Under the pieces are notes generated by a model. The model saw nothing but the letters and a program-made list of their open reading frames with translations, was not told the origin of the DNA and searched no databases. Below, piece after piece: positions 1 to 7,322 of a stretch of 50,090 nucleotides of DNA. The translations under genes were made by a program, and so were the position numbers. The stretch comes from Verrucomicrobiota bacterium (lineage in GTDB: Bacteria > Verrucomicrobiota > Verrucomicrobiia > Opitutales > Cerasicoccaceae), in NCBI GenBank assembly GCA_039818205.1, contig JBCBUK010000021.1, forward strand, positions 1 to 50,090, written 5' to 3'. The number at the start of each line of letters is the position of its first letter. Within the stretch, counting starts at the first letter, position 1.

Positions 1-1575
1 CCGAATCGAGATAATGATGAGGAGCGGACGACAGAAGGAGCCCAGGACAACGATAACAACACGATCGACTATACTAAAGAGAATGATATTGTTGGAATCA
101 CCGTGTCGGTAGGGCCTTCTCATCTGTTGCCCGATTCGGGCTCAATCACAATCAGTATACCTTCTTCCATCCGCGCCTTTGCTGCAGATGGCAGTAAATT
201 AAATGGCGGAGATCTGACACTGGATTTATCGGACGCGGATGGAGAGAAGTTGGAACAGCTGGTGATCCAAGGGCATGTGACCTTCTACGTAGAGGGCAAG
301 GACACGTTGACCAACGCCGCAGTCATTAGTGCTTCTATATCCAATGGCGAACGAAGCGCAGATGATGCAGTGACTCTTCTGCCGGTTGATCTAGAGATAG
401 CGATTAGCCAGTCGACTCCTGATGTTTTCGTTCCCGGAGAGGATGAGGGCCTAGAGGGAGGTTATATCCCAATTAATGCCGACAACGACAATGGTTCTGA
501 CTTTATCATGGAGCAGGGCCGATCCACAGGGTTTCCGACGACCAGAGATTTTGATGCGGGTCACACACCCGATGAAGATGATTTGGTCAAACTAGCTGTT
601 TCACTGCCTTCCAACCTGCCGTCTTGCCAGGCTAGGCTTCGTATTGAGACTATCAATGATGCACGAGGTGAGATTAGAATATGGGAGGATAGAGAGAAGC
701 AGACGCTATTTGCTTTAGATCAGTATCAGAGCGTTGGTGCAATGCCTGATGAGCTCTGGATCGAAGGCACCAAAGAAGGAAGGGTAAGGCGTGAAATCAC
801 TCTCATCCAGGATATCAAGGTAGGCACAACTAAAATGGAGGGTGATAGACTTAAGTTAACAGTTACCCCGGTAGTACTAGATTTTAAAGTGCTTACACAT
901 AACGAAATACCTGACACTTTAGAAGTAGATGGCTTTATTCGATCTGGAAAGGATAATGATATCGAGATTGTAGGTACTCTGATGAAGAGAAACCTAGGCG
1001 GTAATGCTGTCTTGCTTCAACGAGTAGGACTCTTTCCACCTGGGAACACTACAGCTGCTGCAAGATACAATCCGCCTATAACCAATACAAGCGTTCCTAT
1101 TGATCAATGGCATTTCAACTATAGCCCGCCTAATGAAGCACGATTTATGATCGATTCAAACCCTGGAGTTGCAAGTAGCTATCCGAAGTACCCGACAGTA
1201 GGAACACCTGTTAATCAGAATGACTTGTTAGTAATTCCCTTTTACGATAACCCGGGAATAAGTCCAGAGATCTTATTTCCAGAGGGCTTTGATGGGGTCG
1301 CTAGAATTAAACATCAATTTTTATTTTTGAGTTATTTATCGTGGGAATTTTCAGATGGATCTATATACGTTCTTGCTAAGACCAATTGGAGTGTCAAATG
1401 GCATGGGGATTATTCCAAACTGACTAATGGCGAATATCAGTGGATACCAGCGGCAACAGCAGGGAATTTTGGAAACGATCAATTTGCGAGAGAAAATGCC
1501 GAAATTGGTTCAGGATTTGAGTTACCTTTACCCGAAGCAAAGGTGGCAGGATCAAAATACAGGAAGATTCCATAA
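1..1575 (+). CDS. C-terminal part of a large, probably extracellular protein with Asp-rich (likely Ca-binding) modules; 5' truncated by the window edge
   Basis: The frame of ORF 103..1575 is open back to base 1 (PNRDNDEERTTEGAQDNDNNTIDYTKENDIVGITVSV...). It has two similar Asp-rich segments (NRDNDE...ENDIV and INADNDNG...DEDDLV). Product not assignable. Confidence 0.7.
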   Translation, partial: PNRDNDEERTTEGAQDNDNNTIDYTKENDIVGITVSVGPSHLLPDSGSITISIPSSIRAFAADGSKLNGGDLTLDLSDADGEKLEQLVIQGHVTFYVEGKDTLTNAAVISASISNGERSADDAVTLLPVDLEIAISQSTPDVFVPGEDEGLEGGYIPINADNDNGSDFIMEQGRSTGFPTTRDFDAGHTPDEDDLVKLAVSLPSNLPSCQARLRIETINDARGEIRIWEDREKQTLFALDQYQSVGAMPDELWIEGTKEGRVRREITLIQDIKVGTTKMEGDRLKLTVTPVVLDFKVLTHNEIPDTLEVDGFIRSGKDNDIEIVGTLMKRNLGGNAVLLQRVGLFPPGNTTAAARYNPPITNTSVPIDQWHFNYSPPNEARFMIDSNPGVASSYPKYPTVGTPVNQNDLLVIPFYDNPGISPEILFPEGFDGVARIKHQFLFLSYLSWEFSDGSIYVLAKTNWSVKWHGDYSKLTNGEYQWIPAATAGNFGNDQFARENAEIGSGFELPLPEAKVAGSKYRKIP

Positions 1576-1817
1576 CCCACCCCTGGGCCATCCATATCCG
1601 GGAATATGTCAATTGATATTCAGCCAGAAAGTCTGCGCTATGGAAGCTTCTAGGTTATCGTCTCCGGCGGAGTTGTCGTATAACCCGAATCGATTCAGCT
1701 TCGTGTAAATGGCATGTTGGAGTTGTTTAGTGGTCTCTTGAATGCAATAAAAATACAAAAACGTAATGAACATTCTTGAGCTGGGTAGGTCCAAGAGATA
1801 TCACAACTTAGTCTATT

Positions 1818-3419
1818 ATGGCGATTACTGTATCTGAACGTTTCCGTACTCGATTCACATTAATTATATTCATGCTGCTTGCCATGATAATGCCGATGGC
1901 GAGTCATGGAGTTATATATGATTGGACCGACGGAACCCGCAAACTCCGCTTGAATATTCCTGATTCGGTCACGGCGGTTCGAGGGATTTTGATCAATGGA
2001 AACGGGGCGGGCGGCGATTCTACGGGCAGTGCGACCAGTGCTCATTTAGTGGCCATTGCCGAAAGTATTGATTTCGCCGTTCTGGCGACGGGGCGTTGGA
2101 GCCGGTTCGCCTACACGAGCGATTGGGAAATCGAGTACTTTGAGTCGCAGATCGCGCAGTTCGCCATCGATAGCGGACATCCAGAGTTAGTTCACGCGCC
2201 GTGGCTGCCCACCGGACATTCCAACGGAGGCCAAATGTCTTATGGGATGAACGCCAAACGGCCGCATAAAGTAATTGCTTTCATTACGAGCAAGGGGTGC
2301 TGTTACAATACGTTTTTCCCGGACGAAGCTGCGTTGGCAACACCGGGTATGTTGATTGCCGGCGAACTCGACTCGCAAGTGCGCCGAGACAACATTAAGG
2401 CGCTCTTTGATAACAATCGCCCACGAGGCGCTTTGTGGGCCTGGACGGTTGAGCAGGCAACCGGGCATGAAAATGGAAACGGTGACGACTTGAAGCTGTC
2501 GTTTCTCCTAGAGTGCTACCGTTTGCGGTATCCCATGGATCAGTCTCCGGTTGATGGCCCTGTTACCTTGAAGCGATTGAATGAGTATGATGGCTGGTTG
2601 GTAGACCAGGATTCTTGGACCGATGGCGTAACGCAGATCCAGCGTCAGATGGACTATGATGGCGACACCCGGACGCTAGGATGGGTGCCGAACGAGCGAA
2701 TCGCTAGAATCTATCAGGCGTTTTCATCCTACAACAAGGTAAGCACATCCGCGAGTATTGGTTCCAACGTGCGAACTACGAAGACAAACCTGACCTACAC
2801 GGCTTTCCTGAATACGGCCGATTGGCAAAAAATTGAGTTCTATGAAGGGGCGACAAAGCTCGGCGAGGCTACGGGTGGTGGATTCACCAATCCGTCCATC
2901 ACCTTCTTCGCGGATGAGGCCCGACTTTACCTAGTGCATGCCGTCGTGACATTGAGTAACGACGAGCAGCGGGCAACTTTTCTGCGCCGGGTCTTCGTTA
3001 AAGGCGATCCGGTGATTGATCCCTACACGCTCTGGGCAAACGAGAATCTACCGGAAGGTGAGAGAGCGGCGGACCACATTCTATTCGGTGGCGATATGAC
3101 AAACCTACAGCGCTATGCGTTTGATCTGGGGGTCGGTCAGGTGGATTTTGGTCATTTGCCGAGGGTGACAACAACGACAATGCCTGGTCTTGGATCGATC
3201 CGCGCGGTGAAGTTTCGTATCAATCAAGACGCTGTGGATGCAGGCCTGTTGGTCATGCCGCAGATCTCGCTGGATTTAGAGAGCTGGACGGATGTGTCTG
3301 ATCCAATCTTTTTAGCCTCACCTATAGCTTGGAGAGAAGGAGAGGACGTCTACATCTTCGCTGAGGGGCCCGACATTTCCTCCCTGTTTACTCGGGTAAA
3401 CGTGGAGCGGAGCTTTTGA
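1818..3419 (+). CDS. Secreted alpha/beta-hydrolase-fold protein with an Ig-like domain and a Verrucomicrobia-type C-terminal domain
   Basis: N-terminal signal peptide; nucleophile elbow TGHSNGG; candidate Asp (AGELD) and His (TGHE); tail DPYTLWA...TNLQRYAFDLG...ISLDLESW...LFTRVNV. Confidence 0.75.
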   Translation: MAITVSERFRTRFTLIIFMLLAMIMPMASHGVIYDWTDGTRKLRLNIPDSVTAVRGILINGNGAGGDSTGSATSAHLVAIAESIDFAVLATGRWSRFAYTSDWEIEYFESQIAQFAIDSGHPELVHAPWLPTGHSNGGQMSYGMNAKRPHKVIAFITSKGCCYNTFFPDEAALATPGMLIAGELDSQVRRDNIKALFDNNRPRGALWAWTVEQATGHENGNGDDLKLSFLLECYRLRYPMDQSPVDGPVTLKRLNEYDGWLVDQDSWTDGVTQIQRQMDYDGDTRTLGWVPNERIARIYQAFSSYNKVSTSASIGSNVRTTKTNLTYTAFLNTADWQKIEFYEGATKLGEATGGGFTNPSITFFADEARLYLVHAVVTLSNDEQRATFLRRVFVKGDPVIDPYTLWANENLPEGERAADHILFGGDMTNLQRYAFDLGVGQVDFGHLPRVTTTTMPGLGSIRAVKFRINQDAVDAGLLVMPQISLDLESWTDVSDPIFLASPIAWREGEDVYIFAEGPDISSLFTRVNVERSF

Positions 3420-3558
3420 TTTTTAGGAACTCCGTTTCGATTTGATTGATTGTATAGCCGAGGGTCGCGATTTAGCGGTTGGGCTGAGGTCTCGGAGCAA
3501 TAGTTATCAAATAGTTGTCATAACCTGCTTTAGTTCCTATAAATAATTGCTAAACTGC

Positions 3559-3606
3559 TCACTCGTAATGAATAGGTCGTCGGTTCAAATCCGATGCTCG
3601 GCTCCA
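3559..3606 (+). mobile_element. 3' fragment of tRNA-Thr(CGT); attR-like integration site, not an intact tRNA
   Basis: Anticodon loop CTCGTAA (3562-3568), T-arm GTCGG-TTCAAAT-CCGAT, 3' acceptor strand GCTCGGC, T, CCA (3604-3606). The 5' acceptor strand and D-arm are missing at the expected position (~3531), where the sequence is AT-rich. Confidence 0.8.
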
Positions 3607-3621
3607 TTTTTGAAGCTCTGA

Positions 3622-3656
3622 AACCCGCACGTGTAAAGCGATTGCGGGCTTTTTTG
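3622..3656 (+). terminator. Rho-independent terminator downstream of the tRNA fragment
   Basis: CCCGCA...TGCGGG stem followed by CTTTTTTG. Confidence 0.6.
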
Positions 3657-4129
3657 TGTTTTCGGTTAGTAAACTAAAATCCAGAACCATTTCCAGAGCC
3701 AGCCATGGGCACGACGTATTCCATTGTGCCAAGTTCTTTGAAATAAACGCAAAAAGTAGCTTCTCGGCGGATGAACCAATTTATGCTGTGGTTGTTGATG
3801 CCTGATGATTTGCTCCTAAAGCAGAGTTGCCGATACGGTCCTAGAGGATGGCCGGCTCATTCTGCGCAATGAGTTTACCGACAATAGTCATCCAATTTTC
3901 ATTAGGATATCAGTGTTTCAATGATTTTGGCCATTGCCGAACGGTGGCGCCTTATGAGTAAATAAAGGGATAAGGTGACGTGTGATTCTGCATTGTCAAA
4001 AGAGGGCAGAGAACATGAAATCAACCTGCAGGCCAACCATAGCCAAGGGCATGCCAAGTAGCTGCCGGACGTTATGTTTTTATGCGCAATGAACAGCTTC
4101 TCGACTACCAACGCTCCAGCTTTTTTAGG

Positions 4130-4406
4130 AGCTAATCTCGCCTACTTCCAACTAAACGCTCAAACACCTAGCCCGCCTCGTGGTGCTGTCCCGGTTAACC
4201 AATCACACCCGCTACATTTTTCAGCTCATGGGTTCTCGGTTCAAAGTTGCGAATGGCATCGACTGCTCACGCTATATCCAACCCATCTCCGACAGATGAG
4301 TGTGATCACCGCAGCTTTTCTTTGGCAGCAGAATATCGCGCCTAGGGAAATTTTTCCGATTCCGTAACTTTGCATCAGAAAGTTTCTTCCGATACCAAGT
4401 GGCCAT
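4130..4406 (-). pseudogene. Possible heavily decayed IS1595-family transposase N-terminus
   Basis: Pieces across frames (YRKKLSDAKLR, AAVITLICRR, EVGEIS) loosely resemble the IS1595 pattern KxSEAKFR / AAxLTGxSxR / EVDESY. Weak by-eye match. Confidence 0.25.
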
Positions 4407-4480
4407 TCCGGATAAAAGCTGACCCGCGTATGGTGACGTGTTGGAGTCAAGACTTTGGACCAAAATTGATTCACTGGGGC

Positions 4481-4740
4481 TGACTGCTCGAGCTTACGTA
4501 AACTGAGCCGCTTGCATTGTTCGTCTGGCGCACTAGAAAAGCATGAGACAATGATAGGCAAAAGACACACAACTGAACACAAGATCCGTATATTATGTAG
4601 CGCCGAGCTAGCAGGCGTGAGCATCCAAGATATCTGTCGTGACGCAGGCATCAGCGAACAAAGCTTCCATCGTTGGAAGAAGGAGTACGGGATGTAAGCG
4701 CAGGAGGCGCCGCTTACTGCTTAAGGGCAGTTTATCATCT
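4481..4740 (+). mobile_element. IS3-family remnant: truncated OrfA HTH, no OrfB
   Basis: ATG 4551 gives MIGKRHTTEHKIRILCSAELAGVSIQDICRDAGISEQSFHRWKKEYGM*, matching IS3 OrfA (KRHTxEQIIRIL...ICRxxGISEQTFYRWKKKYG). Premature stop at 4695-4697; no DDE frame follows. Confidence 0.8.
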
Positions 4741-4766
4741 GGGCAAAGACATCCTTCAGCAACCAG

Positions 4767-5480
4767 CTAGTCTTGGAGGGCAAACACTTGCTTCATCAAC
4801 GAAGATACTCGCTGGGCGGGATCTTCGCGAATGGCGCGTTCTTCTACTGCCAGTTTGGAAAACAATCCGTTCAGAGCCTGTTCGGTGACAAAATCCGCGA
4901 GATCGGCGTTCGCTGGTTCCACCAACGGAAGTTGGTTATATCGATTGACCAATTCTCCCCAGAAACTTTGGGCGCCTACTTGATTAAGGGAAGATGCGAT
5001 TGTAGGATGGTAAGTCTGGTAAAGCTGTTGGTAGGTTGTCGCTTCCAAATAGTCTGTAGCTGCCTCTGAGTTGTCACTGAGCAATATTTTCCGAGCATCG
5101 GTAAAACTCATGTCCTGGATGGCATTCTCAAAAATCGGAATTGCCTGATCGGCTGCTTCACGAGCCGCTTCGTTGAGCTTGGTTTGTAGGGCGGAGCCAA
5201 CATTTGCCATTCCCGGAAGGAAACCCAATTTGTCCACCACAACTTTTGCTTCTGGTGGTAAGTCTATTTGGTAGGGTGTTCCAAGATAGCCATTTTCCGA
5301 AAGCGATTGCGCACCTCTTTGGATTCCAACGTCCAGTGCTTCTTTTAAGCCTTTGGAAACGTTAACGCTGCTGGGCTCCGTCAAGCCGCCCAGATTCGCG
5401 GCTTGTTCCAGTGTTTCACAACCGGCAAGAGAAAGCGATAAGAGCAGGAATAATTTGCAGTTGTACCAACGGTAGTTCAT
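4767..5480 (-). CDS. DUF4197-family lipoprotein
   Basis: Start moved to ATG 5480 (MNYRWYNCKLFLLLSLSLAGC, lipobox LAGC). Motifs GLKEAL, LNEAAREAA, MSFTDARKIL, AATDYL, ALNGLF...EERAIREDP. Confidence 0.85.
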   Translation of the reverse strand: MNYRWYNCKLFLLLSLSLAGCETLEQAANLGGLTEPSSVNVSKGLKEALDVGIQRGAQSLSENGYLGTPYQIDLPPEAKVVVDKLGFLPGMANVGSALQTKLNEAAREAADQAIPIFENAIQDMSFTDARKILLSDNSEAATDYLEATTYQQLYQTYHPTIASSLNQVGAQSFWGELVNRYNQLPLVEPANADLADFVTEQALNGLFSKLAVEERAIREDPAQRVSSLMKQVFALQD

Positions 5481-5570
5481 TGGAATAAGCCACGAACAAT
5501 GCCAATGTCTGTCAATCAGATTCAAGAGGGTCCTCTTTCGTTTCCGTGGCCGCAGGGCAGGTAGGCTCTA

Positions 5571-6079
5571 ATGGAAAGTATTGAGGAATATACGACTTTA
5601 AGTGATGGCGACCCTACCGCGAATCTTTGGTTTAGAAAATTGGACAACGTTTATGACCGTTGATATGTTCATCACAATCAGCGATCTTTCGATAGATTAT
5701 TGGATAGTAACGGACTGGTAAAGCAGCCCCCTAACAATCCAAATGGGGGTATCTATTTCTCTCCAGAAAGGTATGATTTCAATGAAGAGGCGGTGGATGC
5801 CTTGCAGTTAGTTCCTAGTTGGGAAAATAGTGCAAATATCAATCCGAATTTACAACTAGTGCCTATGGCGATAACGCCAAGATACCTCGAGGTTATGGGA
5901 ATACAGTGGACTAGCTCGAACCCTTGACTCGCGATTACCCGAGTGGTGATGGCAGGAGTCTTCCTGGTGGAGGAGTTCAATTGCTGCTCGAAGGGCCTGA
6001 TATTGCTATTGACGAAGTATGGGATATTTCTGTAACACCACCTGTAAAAGTGTGGGACAAAAATATCGGCGCTTTATAG
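5571..6079 (+). pseudogene. Disrupted polymorphic-toxin C-terminal domain (Ntox10-like)
   Basis: Reconstruction over TGA 5661, a 1-nt deletion near 5835 and TAG 5912 reads YFSPERYD..EAVDALQL.PSW...KYQSEFTT...DNAKIPRGYGNTVD*LEPLTRDYP...GGGVQLL. This resembles the Ntox10 pattern as I recall it (EFDT...IP....EPxTxxYPxxGxGGxxQ). Confidence 0.55.
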
Positions 6080-6088
6080 GTAAGTATA

Positions 6089-6406
6089 ATGGCAACTAGT
6101 AGTTTTCTTCAGTCATATCGAGCCACCGTTGGTTCTATAAACTTGATGCTAGATAATCGAGGTGTCTTTGAGAAGACCTGTAACGAAGATTTGCCCAGTA
6201 GTCTTATTCGGGGACATGCTGTTCGATTTGATGAGGCAGATATTCTTCGGCACTTGAGCTATTTGGAGATTAAAGGCTATATCCAATTGGCTGAAAATCC
6301 ATTTGAAACCGAAGAAGTTGTCTGTGGGGTGATTTTTCAGTGGCTCCCGAATGTTAGTCACACTACGCCCTTGCCGGATGACTACTTCGATGTCACAGAT
6401 CCGTGA
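6089..6406 (+). CDS. Small protein, putative cognate immunity protein
   Basis: Intact 105-aa ORF starting 9 nt after the toxin-like pseudogene stop. The immunity call rests on position only. Confidence 0.5.
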   Translation: MATSSFLQSYRATVGSINLMLDNRGVFEKTCNEDLPSSLIRGHAVRFDEADILRHLSYLEIKGYIQLAENPFETEEVVCGVIFQWLPNVSHTTPLPDDYFDVTDP

Positions 6407-6526
6407 TTGTTCGCTTGGAATTTTAGGTACTTCATCTCCAGAAGTTCATTCTCACATCATGATTAGAGTTCTATTAGCTGCTTTTTACTTCTTCATTGCG
6501 GATGAATTATTTGCAGGTCAGGGGGT

Positions 6527-6573
6527 GAAGGGGTCAGGCTTTTCGAATTAACGTTGCACATCTGGACCCCTTC
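6527..6573. repeat. REP-like inverted repeat
   Basis: GAAGGGGTCAG ... CTGGACCCCTTC; the arms are complementary with a 1-nt bulge. Confidence 0.4.
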
Positions 6574-6705
6574 GTGTGGTCCGTCAGGATTGTTTCAGTA
6601 GCCAGAGATCGGGTTATTGGAATCGATTTGGTCAGAGTAAAACTGGACGCAATCCGAACAGTTATCATATCGCCGTCTAGTTGTCATCAAGACTGGGCAC
6701 GATTC

Positions 6706-6751
6706 CACTCGTAGTCGAAAGCTCGTCGGTTCAAATGTGATGCTCGGTTCT
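6706..6751 (+). mobile_element. Second, degenerate tRNA-Thr 3' fragment (older att scar)
   Basis: 37/46 ungapped identity to 3560-3605. Preceded, like the first copy, by AGTTATCA and AGTTGTCA (6660-6686). Confidence 0.7.
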
Positions 6752-6941
6752 GTATTAGGAGGTTTGTTTCTGATTTCTTTTTGAACCCCAACCCTTCATT
6801 ATTTGTTCTTTGGAGCGGAAGGCCGATTTGCGGGTTTTACCACGAGTCTTGAATCCGGCTCAGGCGGATGTCGTTGATGAGAACTGAAAACTTTCCGGAA
6901 ATCGACACCTGACGAAAATGCCGTTCTAAGATACTCCGAGA

Positions 6942-7180
6942 GTGAGGTTTTTTTACGGCGTATGTGTTCATGTTTCTAGCATTGGTCGGTTGTCGAGAGG
7001 CACCAACCGTTGAAGAACCTCGTGTGCTTGCCGTGGAGATCGCTAGAATCGAGCCGCAGTCGCAGATTACCCGGCAGGTAAACTACTTTGGCCTGATTGA
7101 ACCACGCCAGATAAGCGAGTTGGGCTTTGAGCTGGACTAGAGGCCTCTAATTCTGGTGGCTCAAAGGGGGTCTGGTTCGC
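6942..7180 (+). pseudogene. N-terminal remnant of an RND efflux periplasmic adaptor (MFP) lipoprotein
   Basis: Removing one T from the T7 run (6948-6954) gives GTG-start MRFFTAYVFMFLALVGC (lipobox), then PRVLAVEIARIEPQSQITRQVNYFGLIEPRQISELGFELD* (stop 7138-7140) and a frameshifted LVAQGGLVR, like the start of the MFP lipoyl half. Not in the ORF track. Confidence 0.6.
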
Positions 7181-7322
7181 AACTTTTCTTGAGAAAGAAT
7201 CATCATGTCGTAGGTGGGAATAGAATGCTCTTATAGGTATTCTAGTTTATAAAATATTTTACAAATAGCCCCTAGTTGGGCTAGTTTGTAGTCATCATTG
7301 ATAAAACTAGAGTGCTTATTTT

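Noticed and set aside
3531..3606. Intact tRNA-Thr gene
   Set aside because: No 5' acceptor strand (GCCGAGC) or D-arm at the required spacing. The GCCGAGG near 3458 is too far away and lacks a D-arm.
3902..4367. Small ORFs as an integrase or excisionase
   Set aside because: No tyrosine-recombinase or HTH motifs were recognisable.
5661..5914. Programmed readthrough or selenocysteine/pyrrolysine recoding of the toxin frame
   Set aside because: Two different stops plus a frameshift are more simply explained by decay.
6948..6954. Phase-variable homopolymer switch
   Set aside because: The run is only T7, and the gene is also truncated downstream, so slippage would not restore a product.
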